Assembly: GCA_019391515.1 (NCBI GenBank)
Contig: JAHXQP010000020.1
Span: 156,367-220,366, forward strand
Reading direction: 5' to 3'
Source: Clostridiaceae bacterium
GTDB lineage: Bacteria > Bacillota > Clostridia > Tissierellales > Sporanaerobacteraceae
DNA: 64,000 nt
Shown: positions 1-9,796 of the stretch, piece after piece
How positions within the stretch are numbered: position 1 is the stretch's first letter
Layout: every line of letters starts with the position of its first letter
Translations under genes and position numbers: made by a program
Notes under the pieces: model-generated
Databases searched by the model: none
Told to the model about the DNA's origin: nothing
The model's input: the letters and a program-made list of their open reading frames with translations, nothing else

Positions 1-89
1 TTTTAAATTTATATAATAAAGGACTTATCTCTAAAGAAATAGCTTTAAGTGGATCTATAAATAAAGATATGCTGAGCAAATATCTTTAG
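1..89 (+). CDS. pilT: 3' end of type IV pilus retraction ATPase PilT (partial)
   Basis: Frame from nt 3 reads LNLYNKGLISKEIALSGSINKDMLSKYL* (TAG 87-89), resembling the PilT C-terminus (LY.KG.IS.E.AL); lies directly upstream of pilC. Confidence 0.6.
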   Translation, partial: LNLYNKGLISKEIALSGSINKDMLSKYL

Positions 90-104
90 TAAGGTGGTGA
101 TAGG

Positions 105-1313
105 TTGATTTATAATTATAAAGCTGTTTCAAATAAAGGGGAAATAATTGAGGGAAGTTGTGAAGGGGAAAATTTAGATGAAGTTCTAGAAAAAATAAGA
201 ACTAATAAGTATCTTCCTATATCTGTTGAAAAATCTAAGAATAATAGGATAAGAACTAATATATCTTTTAAAACAAAAGTGGGTAAAAAGGATATGTCCA
301 TCTTTTGTAGACAATTTTATACGATGGTTGATTCAGGAATAAGTATTATAAATTGTTTAGAAGTTCTTAAAAAACAGACGGAAAATAAAATTCTTAAAGA
401 AGCCATTGGACAAGTCTATAATGGAGTACAAAGAGGAATGACCCTTTCAGAAGCTATGACAAAAGATAAAGCTGTTTTTCGAGAACTTTTTATCAATATG
501 GTAGAAGCAGGAGAAGTCAGTGGAACTTTAGACATAATCTTATATAGGATGTCTATTTATTATGAAAAGGAAAATAATATTGAAAGCAAAGTAAAAGCAG
601 CATTAATATATCCAATTATTTTAATTATAGTATCTATATTTGTAATTATATTTTTACTTACTATGATACTACCTACCTTTATAAGTATATTTGAAAGCAA
701 TGGTGTAGCATTGCCAGTACCTACAAGGATACTGCTAAATATTAGTAATAGTTTAAAAAACCATTGGTATTTATACTCAATCTTACTCTCAATTCTTATA
801 TTGACAATAAGCTCTTATAAGCAGACCCAATCCGGTAGAATATTTGTTGATAGATTAAAAATTGGATTGCCAGGTATAGAGAAAATCAATTCTAAAATTA
901 TAACTTCCAAATTTACTAGAACACTTTCTACATTATTATTCAGCGGAATTCCCCTTATTCAGTCTTTAAAAGTAGTAAATAAAATCATAGGAAATGAAGT
1001 GGTAGTAGAAGAGCTTGAAGAAGCTATTGAAAGTATAGAAAAAGGTTTACCACTTTGGAAAAGTATTGAAGGGATAAATGTATTTCCACCAATGGTTAAA
1101 TCTATGATAAATGTTGGGGAAGAATCGGGTTCTCTTGATAAGCTTCTTGATAAAACTGCAGACTTTTATGAAGGTGAGGTAGATATGTTATTTCAAAGAA
1201 TGAACACTGTAATAGAGCCTGTACTTATAATAATCATGGCTTTCATTATTGGATTTATAGTAATTGCTATGGCAATACCAATGTTTGATATGGTAAATAT
1301 TATTCAAATGTAA
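105..1313 (+). CDS. pilC: Type IV pilus/T2SS platform protein (GspF/PilC family)
   Basis: Two T2SSF repeats (FCRQFYTMVDSGISI; GE.SG.LD twice), YPII motif, three TM segments. Confidence 0.92.
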   Translation: MIYNYKAVSNKGEIIEGSCEGENLDEVLEKIRTNKYLPISVEKSKNNRIRTNISFKTKVGKKDMSIFCRQFYTMVDSGISIINCLEVLKKQTENKILKEAIGQVYNGVQRGMTLSEAMTKDKAVFRELFINMVEAGEVSGTLDIILYRMSIYYEKENNIESKVKAALIYPIILIIVSIFVIIFLLTMILPTFISIFESNGVALPVPTRILLNISNSLKNHWYLYSILLSILILTISSYKQTQSGRIFVDRLKIGLPGIEKINSKIITSKFTRTLSTLLFSGIPLIQSLKVVNKIIGNEVVVEELEEAIESIEKGLPLWKSIEGINVFPPMVKSMINVGEESGSLDKLLDKTADFYEGEVDMLFQRMNTVIEPVLIIIMAFIIGFIVIAMAIPMFDMVNIIQM

Positions 1314-1338
1314 TTAAATTTTATATGGGGGTAGGGGA

Positions 1339-1725
1339 ATGATTAAAAGTTTGAAAACAGAGATTAAGAATAATAGCGGTTTTACTTTAATTGAAATGGT
1401 ATTAGTTATTGCTATCCTAGCAATACTTTCGGCAATTGCAATACCAAAAGTAGGAAAGACTAAAGAAGCTGCAGAGATTGTTGCCCATAATACCAATGTG
1501 AGAACATTAGAAAGTGTGGCTAATACATATGTTTTAGATAAAGGTTTGCCATCTAACGAAAAAACAATAATTTTAGATAATAATAAAAACAATGAGTTAA
1601 AAGAATATATTCAAGAGGTACCAAAGGTTCCTGATTTTATAAAAAAGAACAATTCAAATAGTGAATATTATAAAGTTACAATTGATAAGGATGGAAAAAT
1701 AGAAGTAAGTCCAGGTAAGCAATAA
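1339..1725 (+). CDS. Short major type IV pilin (ComGC/PilA-like)
   Basis: Class III signal NNSG|FTLIEMVLVIAILAILSAIAIP; 128 aa. Confidence 0.88.
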   Translation: MIKSLKTEIKNNSGFTLIEMVLVIAILAILSAIAIPKVGKTKEAAEIVAHNTNVRTLESVANTYVLDKGLPSNEKTIILDNNKNNELKEYIQEVPKVPDFIKKNNSNSEYYKVTIDKDGKIEVSPGKQ

Positions 1726-1734
1726 AATCAAGGG

Positions 1735-2502
1735 ATGTTAAAAATGAAGATAATTATATTAATTTTAGGTTTAATTGTAGGCTATTTTTTAAATTTGTAT
1801 ATATGCAGATTACTAAGGGAAGAGGGTTTGGTTATTCCCTCTCCCCATTGTTTAAAATGTCTTACGCATTTTAAATACTATAAATCCATACTAAGTCTAA
1901 GTTTTAATTGTCAAGGTGGTAAGTGTAGATACTGTAAAGAAAGGGTGGTATTACAGTATCTACTTGTTGAAGTATTGAATGGGTTTACGTATTTGGCTTT
2001 ATATGGTTATCTTGGTGTTGGTTTACAATTTGTATTTTATGCTGTAGTAGTAGATATTTTAATAATTGTTAGCGTTGTAGACTATTATTTTCAAGTTATT
2101 CCAGATAGATGCCACATATTTCTACTTATTTCAACTTTTACATACAAATTGCTTCAATTACTATTGTATGATATTTCTCCACATTTTCTCAATAGTATTA
2201 TTGGACTAATTGTATCTAGTGGTATATTCCTACTTATAGCTATTTTATCTAAAGGAGGAATAGGTGGAGGGGACATAAAACTTATAGGTGTACTGGGATT
2301 TATATTAGGTTTTAAATTATCTCTTTTAAATACATTGATATCTTTTTTTGTTGGAGCTGTTGTATCTGTTTTTTTAATACTTTTTAAAATAAAAGATAAA
2401 AAAGATTCAATAGCCTTTGGTCCTTTTATTTCAATAGCTTTTCTTATTACTATTTTAGAGGGTGAAAATATTATCTTTTGGTATTTTAATAGTTTATTTT
2501 AA
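1735..2502 (+). CDS. pilD: Prepilin peptidase (A24)
   Basis: N-terminal CxxC pairs (PSPHCLKC, GKCRYC), D..Y.IIPD and GGGDIKL aspartate motifs. Confidence 0.9.
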   Translation: MLKMKIIILILGLIVGYFLNLYICRLLREEGLVIPSPHCLKCLTHFKYYKSILSLSFNCQGGKCRYCKERVVLQYLLVEVLNGFTYLALYGYLGVGLQFVFYAVVVDILIIVSVVDYYFQVIPDRCHIFLLISTFTYKLLQLLLYDISPHFLNSIIGLIVSSGIFLLIAILSKGGIGGGDIKLIGVLGFILGFKLSLLNTLISFFVGAVVSVFLILFKIKDKKDSIAFGPFISIAFLITILEGENIIFWYFNSLF

Positions 2503-2531
2503 CTAGTAGTAAATATAAGGGGGAAGAACCG

Positions 2532-3503
2532 TTGAATATTAAAAGATTTTTCTTACCTAAAAAAGTATTATCTATTGATATTGGTACTTATGAAACCAAG
2601 GTAGTAGAGGGGAAAAGGACTAATGAAGGATTAGATATAAATAAAAGTTTTTCTTTTTTAACCCCTGAAGGTGCGTATGAGGATGGATACATATTAGAAA
2701 ATGAACTTTTGCATTATGTTTTTAAAAAGAAATTTAGTAAAAACAAACTGTCTTCAAATATAGCTTATATTACAATAAAAAGTAATTCTATTATTAAAAA
2801 AGAAATTGAATTACCATCAGTAAGTCATAATGAAATTAAAGGAATATTAAAATACGAAACGAAAGAATATTTACCTATAGAAATAGATAATTTTATAATA
2901 CAATACAAAATTATTAATAAAATAAAGAAAGGAGATATAGAAAAGCTTAATGTATTATTAGTTGCTGTTCCTAAAAAAATCGTAGAAAGTCATTTTATAT
3001 TTTTAAAAGATCTGGGATTGAAGCCTACTGTATTAGATTTGCAGCTAAATAGTTCTAGTAAGTTATTTAAATACAATAGTGTTGTTAATGGAGAATATAA
3101 TATTGAAAATAATACTTTTGCAATTATAGATTTAAGTTATTTAAGTACTGGTGTAATTATAATTAAAAATCGAGACATTTTGTTAAATGAAAATATCCCA
3201 GATTCTATTCAATTACCTAAACAAGTTCTAAATAGAGGAAGAAGGAATATACCAGATATTAATAATTTGATAGAAGAAATAAGTTTGGTTTTTCAAAATT
3301 ACAAAACAAAATATGTAGAAGATCAAATTGAAATGATTTTTTTGTATGGAGGTCTTTCTAATATAGAAGATATAGATTTGATATTTGAGAATAATTTTAA
3401 TATACCTTCAGTTATAGTAAAAAGTATGGATAAAACTTATTTAAGCGAAGATTTAAATAAGTATATAAACTGTATAGGATCTATTATTAGAGTTGAGGGG
3501 TAG
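2532..3503 (+). CDS. pilM: Pilus assembly protein PilM (actin-like)
   Basis: LSIDIG motif, LLVAVPK, FLYGGLS; position between pilD and pilN. Confidence 0.82.
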   Translation: MNIKRFFLPKKVLSIDIGTYETKVVEGKRTNEGLDINKSFSFLTPEGAYEDGYILENELLHYVFKKKFSKNKLSSNIAYITIKSNSIIKKEIELPSVSHNEIKGILKYETKEYLPIEIDNFIIQYKIINKIKKGDIEKLNVLLVAVPKKIVESHFIFLKDLGLKPTVLDLQLNSSSKLFKYNSVVNGEYNIENNTFAIIDLSYLSTGVIIIKNRDILLNENIPDSIQLPKQVLNRGRRNIPDINNLIEEISLVFQNYKTKYVEDQIEMIFLYGGLSNIEDIDLIFENNFNIPSVIVKSMDKTYLSEDLNKYINCIGSIIRVEG

Positions 3504-3507
3504 CTGT

Positions 3508-4083
3508 ATGAAAGATTTAAATTTTTTTAATCACTATACGGAAAGTAAGAAATTTAAAATTGAAAATATATACTACTTGTTTATATTATTTCTTTTAATA
3601 TCAATATTTTTTTATAGTTTTATAAACCAAATAAAGATAAATAATCTTTCTAAAAAGGTAAGTAATTTAAAAACACAAGTAGAGAATGAAGAAATTAAGA
3701 CTAAAGTTAATAAGCTAAAAAAAGAAAAAGATGAGATTAATAAAGTTGAAAATAATATTAAACAGTTAAATTTATTAGATGAGTTTATTAAAAAAGAAGA
3801 TAAAATTAATGAAGAATTAATAAAGGATATAAATTTAAGAATACCAGAAAATGTTTTTCTAATCTCAATAGAATTTAACCTATCTTCTATTGAGATTAAA
3901 GGAATTAGTGGGGACAAACTGTCTATTGCTCAATTAGAACATAATTTGAATGAAATAAAAAGCTTTAAGAATGTCTTCATTTCAAATATATATTTTGAAG
4001 AAAACCATTATAGTTTTTCTTTAAGTGTAAGCTTAAAAGATAAGGATGTGAAGGATGATGGAGAAAAAGATGAGATTAAATAA
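3508..4083 (+). CDS. pilN: Pilus assembly protein PilN
   Basis: Start at ATG 3508 gives the PilM-binding N-terminus MKDLNFF, then TM, coiled coil and IP..V.L ferredoxin-like domain. Confidence 0.8.
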   Translation: MKDLNFFNHYTESKKFKIENIYYLFILFLLISIFFYSFINQIKINNLSKKVSNLKTQVENEEIKTKVNKLKKEKDEINKVENNIKQLNLLDEFIKKEDKINEELIKDINLRIPENVFLISIEFNLSSIEIKGISGDKLSIAQLEHNLNEIKSFKNVFISNIYFEENHYSFSLSVSLKDKDVKDDGEKDEIK

Positions 4084-5281
4084 AAGGGAAAAAGATCTTT
4101 TAATATTATTAGGAATTATAATAACCTTTTGTTTTTTTCAAAGAAAGATTTTTCCGCACCAAACTCAAGAGATATTAAAATTAGAAGAGCAGAAGCTTAA
4201 GTATGAGAAAGAAATTATAAATATGCTTAATATACTAGATGAAAAAGAAAAAATCAAAGCGAACTCTATTAGAATGAATAGGGAAAAAGATAGGGCTGGT
4301 CTTCAATACTTTTCCAACTTAGAACAATCTCAAATTATATACTTATTAGACAGTGTTTTAAATGAATGCAAACTTAAAATATTAGATATAAATTTTTCTC
4401 AACCAGAGATTGAAGAATTATCTAATAATATATCTATTAGAGCCATGAACTTATCTATTTCTTATAGGGGAAGTTATGAAGAACTTTTAGAGTGCTTAAA
4501 TAAAATAAAAAATAGTCCTAAAAAATTTTTGATAACCAATCTTATTATAGATAGAGAAGATAAGTATATCTTAATGGGGGAGATCCAATTAAAGGTATAT
4601 AGCATAGAAAATATTTTTGATGAAAAAGATAATATAAGCGTTATGAATGCAACTTTAAATTCAGATAGAAAAAGCCCTTTTGAGTCCTTACAAGAATTTG
4701 ATGATAATAAAGATGAAAATATAGAAGATGGCCTAGATAATATTATAAATAAAGAAGTTCATACAGATGAAGATACTATAACTTTTGACAATGATAAAAC
4801 TAATAATACTGATAGAAATGAAATCATTCAAAGGAGGGATTTACCAGAAGGAAGAAATGAAGTTTCAGATGATAAAAGTAAGAAAGATAATGGAAAAAAT
4901 AAAGAAAAACCGAAAGAGAAAGAAAAGCCTTCTAAAACGAAGGAAGAATCTAAGGAAAAAAACAATTTGTATTTAGATTTTAGTAATAAAGATATAAAAG
5001 TTGATTCTCCAAAGTCTGACGTAGGATTTTGGTTATATTCTCATAATATTTCGACTATAAAATTGAAATTAAGTTTTATAGATCAAGAAAAAAAGAAAGC
5101 TTATATTGAAAAATCCTGTGTAGTTAGTGAAAATGGATGGAATTATTTAGAAGTTGAAGTTTTAGAAAGTACATTTTCTTATCCTTTAAAATTGGACAAG
5201 ATGTATTTTGAATGTGAAAGTAATGATAAAAATTTTAGATTCATATTTATTGATGATATAAATATTCAAATGAAAGATTAG
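4070..5281 (+). CDS. pilO: PilO-family protein with charged linker and extra C-terminal beta-sandwich domain
   Basis: MRLNKREK-TM-coiled coil-PilO core (ISYRGSYEELLECL); start 4070 chosen from GGAG spacing (ORF track start 4055). Confidence 0.72.
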   Translation: MRLNKREKDLLILLGIIITFCFFQRKIFPHQTQEILKLEEQKLKYEKEIINMLNILDEKEKIKANSIRMNREKDRAGLQYFSNLEQSQIIYLLDSVLNECKLKILDINFSQPEIEELSNNISIRAMNLSISYRGSYEELLECLNKIKNSPKKFLITNLIIDREDKYILMGEIQLKVYSIENIFDEKDNISVMNATLNSDRKSPFESLQEFDDNKDENIEDGLDNIINKEVHTDEDTITFDNDKTNNTDRNEIIQRRDLPEGRNEVSDDKSKKDNGKNKEKPKEKEKPSKTKEESKEKNNLYLDFSNKDIKVDSPKSDVGFWLYSHNISTIKLKLSFIDQEKKKAYIEKSCVVSENGWNYLEVEVLESTFSYPLKLDKMYFECESNDKNFRFIFIDDINIQMKD

Positions 5282-5314
5282 ATGTATTGATTATTTTAAA
5301 AGGAGAGAATAAGA

Positions 5315-5803
5315 TTGAACAAGCTTATACTACTATTAAAAAATAAAAAAGGAATGACTTTAATTGAAATAATTTTAAGTATTACAATTTTATCTATGTT
5401 ATTACTAATAGTAGTGCCAGAAAGTAATATTATATTAAAAATTAAAGAAAGAAAAGAATTATTGGAATTTAAAACTGATTTAAACTATGCAAGAAATAGA
5501 GCTATATGTGATGGAATAAGGTACAGTATAAAACTATTTCCTAGAAATAATTTTTATTATATCTATAAATATGAGAGGTTTCCAGAGCTTGTTGCTAAAA
5601 AGGAATTTAAGAGTGGAATAAGAATTGAGAATACGAATTTTAATGGTAGTTTGAATAATAAGCCATCTGAAGTTATGTTTACATCAACAGGAGCACCAAG
5701 CATAGGTGGAAGAATAATCATTAGAAATAAGAAAAATGAAAAAAATTTAATAACTGTAGAGCCTGCGACTGGAAAAGTTAATTTATATTTTAATGGGGAG
5801 TAA
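5315..5803 (+). CDS. Minor pilin (GspH/FimT/ComGD-like)
   Basis: KKG|MTLIEIILSITIL; ARNRAI and VMFTSTGAP..GG.I motifs. Confidence 0.8.
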   Translation: MNKLILLLKNKKGMTLIEIILSITILSMLLLIVVPESNIILKIKERKELLEFKTDLNYARNRAICDGIRYSIKLFPRNNFYYIYKYERFPELVAKKEFKSGIRIENTNFNGSLNNKPSEVMFTSTGAPSIGGRIIIRNKKNEKNLITVEPATGKVNLYFNGE

Positions 5804-5807
5804 AAAC

Positions 5808-6242
5808 ATGAATAGAAAAGGTTTTCTTTTGATAGAAGTTCTAATTGGAATTTTTCTTTTAGGCTTAATTACAATTACCTTTTTTCCTGTATTTACTTTA
5901 ATGAACAATCAATTTAAGAATGTAGAAATTAAAAACGATATGAAATATTATGGAGAAACTGTCATAGAAAAAATAAAAGCCTTTGATTTTAATAAAAGTA
6001 GTGAAGAATATATACTTGATATGGAATTAGAAAAACTAATTAATATTTTTTATGAAAAGGATGAAGTTGAGATAGATTTACCTTTAAGTTCTAATGAAAA
6101 CTTTAGATATAGAGTTAATATATGTAAAAATGACAAGGGAAATAACTTATGGAAAATTTATGTAGGGGTGTTTTCTAAAAATAACAAAGAAGATATGGAA
6201 GGTGTATCCTTTGAAATTATTTTACAGAAACCAGAGAGATAG
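5808..6242 (+). CDS. Minor pilin
   Basis: GGGGAG RBS then MNRKG|FLLIEVLIGIFLL. Confidence 0.8.
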   Translation: MNRKGFLLIEVLIGIFLLGLITITFFPVFTLMNNQFKNVEIKNDMKYYGETVIEKIKAFDFNKSSEEYILDMELEKLINIFYEKDEVEIDLPLSSNENFRYRVNICKNDKGNNLWKIYVGVFSKNNKEDMEGVSFEIILQKPER

Positions 6243-6798
6243 TAAAAAAGATATTATTTTACTTGAAAATAGAGGCTTTACTTTGATAGAATTGCCTATA
6301 GGCATATGTATAATTGGAATAATAGTATTATCTTTATATTTTATGTTTAATTATTCCGTTAAAGTTGCTCAAATAGGAGAAGAAAAAGAAGAGATTCTTT
6401 TGAATGGAAGATATGCTATTGAATACATAAAAAAAGAGATTAGGCAATCAGAAGAAATAATATCTACAAGTAAATTTGGCGGATTTAATGAAAAGTTTAA
6501 AGAAAACTTTGGGTTTGTACTTAAGATTAATAAAGATAATGAGAACAAATATGTATCCTATTACTTTAAAAACAGAAGTATATATAGAATAATATCTACT
6601 AATACAAATACAAGATATCCCTCTGTAGGAAGTTTTCATGGCTATAATAGAATTGTTGAAAATGTGATTTCTATAGAAGGATCCAGGGCAAATTTTCAAA
6701 ATGATAAAATAATTTTAAACCTATTAATGGGCGGTGAATGGAATAAAAATATAGAATTGAAAACGGAAGTCTTTATGAGATGTCCTACAGATTATTAA
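6211..6798 (+). CDS. Minor pilin (PilW/ComGF-like)
   Basis: NRG|FTLIELPIGICII; TTG 6211 after GAAGGTG taken as start. Confidence 0.75.
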   Translation: MKLFYRNQRDSKKDIILLENRGFTLIELPIGICIIGIIVLSLYFMFNYSVKVAQIGEEKEEILLNGRYAIEYIKKEIRQSEEIISTSKFGGFNEKFKENFGFVLKINKDNENKYVSYYFKNRSIYRIISTNTNTRYPSVGSFHGYNRIVENVISIEGSRANFQNDKIILNLLMGGEWNKNIELKTEVFMRCPTDY

Positions 6799-6812
6799 GC
6801 GGGGGGATAACA

Positions 6813-7871
6813 TTGGACAGCAATAAGGGTTCTATAGTCATTCTATCTATTATAGTTGGAGCCATTATGTTTTTATTATCTAGTTTTTTATTATATTCTA
6901 TTTATCTAGACCATCAAATCGTTAATTCGAGTATAGATCATGTTCAATCTTATTATTTAGCAGAAGATAAAATATACCTTTGTTTTGACGAAGAAAGTAG
7001 TTATTATGATGAATTGATTTTAGGTTTAAAACACTATTTGAAATACAAACAATTTGGAAATTCTCCAGATAGAAATATAATAACAATAGATGAAGAAGAT
7101 TTAAATCCTAAAGATACTAAGAATGAGATTAGATTAGATACATTTATGAAGGATAATATTTTGATTGGAGGTATTTTAGCACAGTCTGATTATAACGCTA
7201 TAAATAAAAGGGTTTATGGAGTATTTACCTTCATTAATCCGTTCTATAGTACAGGTAAACCTATACTTTCTAAAAACACAGTGGAAGACTTGGAAGGGGT
7301 AAGCATAGATGAATTTATGAGGCAGCTTTTTAATGATTTTAAATTGGAAACATTTGAAAATGATATTGAAATAATTGAAGTAAATGATTTTCAAAAAATA
7401 GATATATATTTTTATGATGAAAAAACTAGAAGAATAAGATTAGATTTTTTTAGGTATAAAGATGAAGAGGTAGCTGTAGATAAAAAATATTTATCTATAG
7501 ATGAAATTTACTTAATTTCAAAGGATAAAATGAAAAATTCCGAGATAAATATATATGCAAATGATGTAAGAATCACAGATATTTTAAAAGGAATTATATA
7601 TGTGGATGGAAAATTGAATCTATATGGCAAGTTAAATTTTAATGGAATTGTAGCTATCAATTCTGGAGAAGTGAATGTCTATTCTACAGATAAACCCAAA
7701 ATGAGAGGAATGTTTATATTAAATGACTATAAAGATGCTGAGGAAACAATAGAAGAAAAAATAGATTTAGAATATCGCCAAGTAGTGGTTGATAGGTTTG
7801 GATTGTATATACCTGATTATATAAAACCAAATCTATATTTAGTAAAAGAAGGGGGAACAATAGAAAAATGA
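6813..7871 (+). CDS. Large minor pilin (PilX/PilK-like)
   Basis: GCGGGGGG RBS, TTG 6813, MDSNKG|SIVILSIIVG prepilin-like leader lacking Glu5, QSYYLAE helix. Confidence 0.65.
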   Translation: MDSNKGSIVILSIIVGAIMFLLSSFLLYSIYLDHQIVNSSIDHVQSYYLAEDKIYLCFDEESSYYDELILGLKHYLKYKQFGNSPDRNIITIDEEDLNPKDTKNEIRLDTFMKDNILIGGILAQSDYNAINKRVYGVFTFINPFYSTGKPILSKNTVEDLEGVSIDEFMRQLFNDFKLETFENDIEIIEVNDFQKIDIYFYDEKTRRIRLDFFRYKDEEVAVDKKYLSIDEIYLISKDKMKNSEINIYANDVRITDILKGIIYVDGKLNLYGKLNFNGIVAINSGEVNVYSTDKPKMRGMFILNDYKDAEETIEEKIDLEYRQVVVDRFGLYIPDYIKPNLYLVKEGGTIEK

Positions 7872-8143
7872 AATTACATAATTTAATGGAAGATGAAGTC
7901 ATACATATAGTAAATAAATTATTAAAAAATGAGAAAGATATTTGTACTTGTGAAAAGTGTAAATTAGATATAGCTGCAATAACATTAAATAATTTATTGC
8001 CTCAATATGTAGTTACAAAAAAAGGAGAGTTATATAAAAGAGTTAATAATATGGGTATTCAGTTTGAGGCGGACATAACTAAAGAAGTGATTAAGGCTAT
8101 AGATATAGTAAGAAAAAGCCCTAAACATGAAATAAAGTTGTAG
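7868..8143 (+). CDS. comFB: ComFB-family protein
   Basis: NLMED.V, CTCEKC..DI.A..LN.L.PQYVV, C-terminal P.H. Confidence 0.9.
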   Translation: MKLHNLMEDEVIHIVNKLLKNEKDICTCEKCKLDIAAITLNNLLPQYVVTKKGELYKRVNNMGIQFEADITKEVIKAIDIVRKSPKHEIKL

Positions 8144-8152
8144 GTGACAATA

Positions 8153-8674
8153 ATGAAAAATATAGTTTTAATAGGTCCTAGTGGTGTAGGAAAAACTACT
8201 ATAGGAAAGTATATATCTAGTAAATTAAAGATTGAACATATTGATACGGATTTTCTGATAGAAAGAAAGTTTGCTATGAGTATTGAAGATATATTTGGAA
8301 AACACGGTGAGAATTGGTTTAGGGTAGAAGAATCAAATATAGTAAAAGAAGTGTCAAACAAGAATAATATAGTCATATCTACCGGTGGTGGAGTAGTAAT
8401 AAATGAAAAAAACATAGAAAATCTTAAATCTACTGGTATATTATTTTTGTTAGTAGCAAGCATAGATACTCTAACTAGAAATTTAATAAAATCTAATAAA
8501 AAAAGGCCATTGATTGGTAATTATGGATATGCTGAAATATATAAAAAGGTAAAAAATATATTTTTTCAAAGAGAAAAATTATATTTAAAATCTGCAGATT
8601 ATTTAATAAGTGTAGATAATAGAACTATAGAAGGAATTGGAGAAGAAATTATTTATTTTTATAAAAAACATTAA
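8153..8674 (+). CDS. aroK: Shikimate kinase
   Basis: P-loop GPSGVGKTT, DTD..IE, FR..E, STGGG, RPL. Confidence 0.92.
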   Translation: MKNIVLIGPSGVGKTTIGKYISSKLKIEHIDTDFLIERKFAMSIEDIFGKHGENWFRVEESNIVKEVSNKNNIVISTGGGVVINEKNIENLKSTGILFLLVASIDTLTRNLIKSNKKRPLIGNYGYAEIYKKVKNIFFQREKLYLKSADYLISVDNRTIEGIGEEIIYFYKKH

Positions 8675-8676
8675 AC

Positions 8677-8705
8677 TTGTAGTAATAGGAAAGGATTGCT
8701 ATAAT
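8677..8705 (+). promoter_or_regulatory. sigmaA promoter for aroQ-efp
   Basis: TTGTAG-N17-TATAAT with extended -10 TG. Confidence 0.7.
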
Positions 8706-8739
8706 TAAAGAGGTAAAAGAGAATAGAGAGGATAAAAAA

Positions 8740-9171
8740 ATGAAGATATTAGTTATTCATGGTCCAAATTTAAAAATTTTAGGAAATAGGAAAAAAGAAT
8801 ATTATGGTGAAAAAAACATAGAAGAAGTAAATAGAATGATTCAATCTAAAGCTAAAAATTTAGGATTTGAGGTAGATATTTTTCAATATAATTGCGAAGG
8901 GGATATTGTATCTAAATTAAACTCTACGTTGGAAGATGATTATAATGGAATTGTTATAAATGCAGGGGCTTATACGCATTACAGTATAGCTATAAGGGAT
9001 GCTATTGAAAGTGTAAGAGTCCCTACAATAGAGGTTCATTTATCCAATATATATAGGAGAGAAGAGTTTAGAAGAATTTCTATGATTGCACCGGTATGTA
9101 ATGGTCAGGTAACAGGATTTGGACCATATAGTTATCTTTTAGCTTTAGAAGCAATTAAATATTTAATATAA
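8740..9171 (+). CDS. aroQ: Type II 3-dehydroquinate dehydratase
   Basis: HGPNL, NAGAYTHYSIAIRDA, EVHLSNIYRRE. Confidence 0.93.
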   Translation: MKILVIHGPNLKILGNRKKEYYGEKNIEEVNRMIQSKAKNLGFEVDIFQYNCEGDIVSKLNSTLEDDYNGIVINAGAYTHYSIAIRDAIESVRVPTIEVHLSNIYRREEFRRISMIAPVCNGQVTGFGPYSYLLALEAIKYLI

Positions 9172-9196
9172 TAATTTTAGTGGGAGGTATTTATAA

Positions 9197-9754
9197 ATGA
9201 TTTCAGCAAATGATATAAGAAAAGGAATAACTTTTAAAATGGATGGAGAGGTGTACCAAGTAATAGATTTCCAACATGTTAAACCAGGAAAAGGAGCTGC
9301 ATTTGTTAGAACTAAAATTAAAAATGTTATGACTGGAACGATAAAAGAAGTTACTTTAAATCCAAATGAAAAATTCCCTAGAGTTCATATTGAAAGCAAG
9401 GAAATGCAATACCTATATAATGATGGTGAACTGTATTATTTTATGGATACTGAGACATTTGAACAGTTGCCTTTAACTAAAGAAAATGTAGAAGAGGCAA
9501 TTATATATATTAAAGAGAATGATACAGCTATAGTAAGATTTTATGAAGGTAATCCTTTTGAGTTAATAGCACCAAATTTTGTTGAACTTGAAGTTACAAA
9601 TACGGAACCTGGTGTCAAAGGAGATACAGCTACTGGGGCAACCAAACCAGCAACTGTTGAAACAGGAGCTACTGTTCAAGTACCTCTTTTTGTTAATATT
9701 GGGGACAAGATTAAAATAGATACTAGAACAGGTGATTATTTATCAAGAGTTTAG
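9197..9754 (+). CDS. efp: Elongation factor P
   Basis: [25 protein letters not shown]. Confidence 0.97.
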   Translation: MISANDIRKGITFKMDGEVYQVIDFQHVKPGKGAAFVRTKIKNVMTGTIKEVTLNPNEKFPRVHIESKEMQYLYNDGELYYFMDTETFEQLPLTKENVEEAIIYIKENDTAIVRFYEGNPFELIAPNFVELEVTNTEPGVKGDTATGATKPATVETGATVQVPLFVNIGDKIKIDTRTGDYLSRV

Positions 9755-9796
9755 GGAATAATTAAAGTATATATATATAGTATGAGGAGGGATAGT

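Noticed and set aside
63-87. Hairpin AAAGATAT...ATATCTTT upstream of pilC as a riboswitch or regulatory leader
   Set aside because: It lies within the pilT coding tail and has no c-di-GMP aptamer motifs.
9768-9780. (TA)n runs here and at about 53151-53162 as phase-variable tracts
   Set aside because: Only 5-6 units in very AT-rich spacers; expected by chance.
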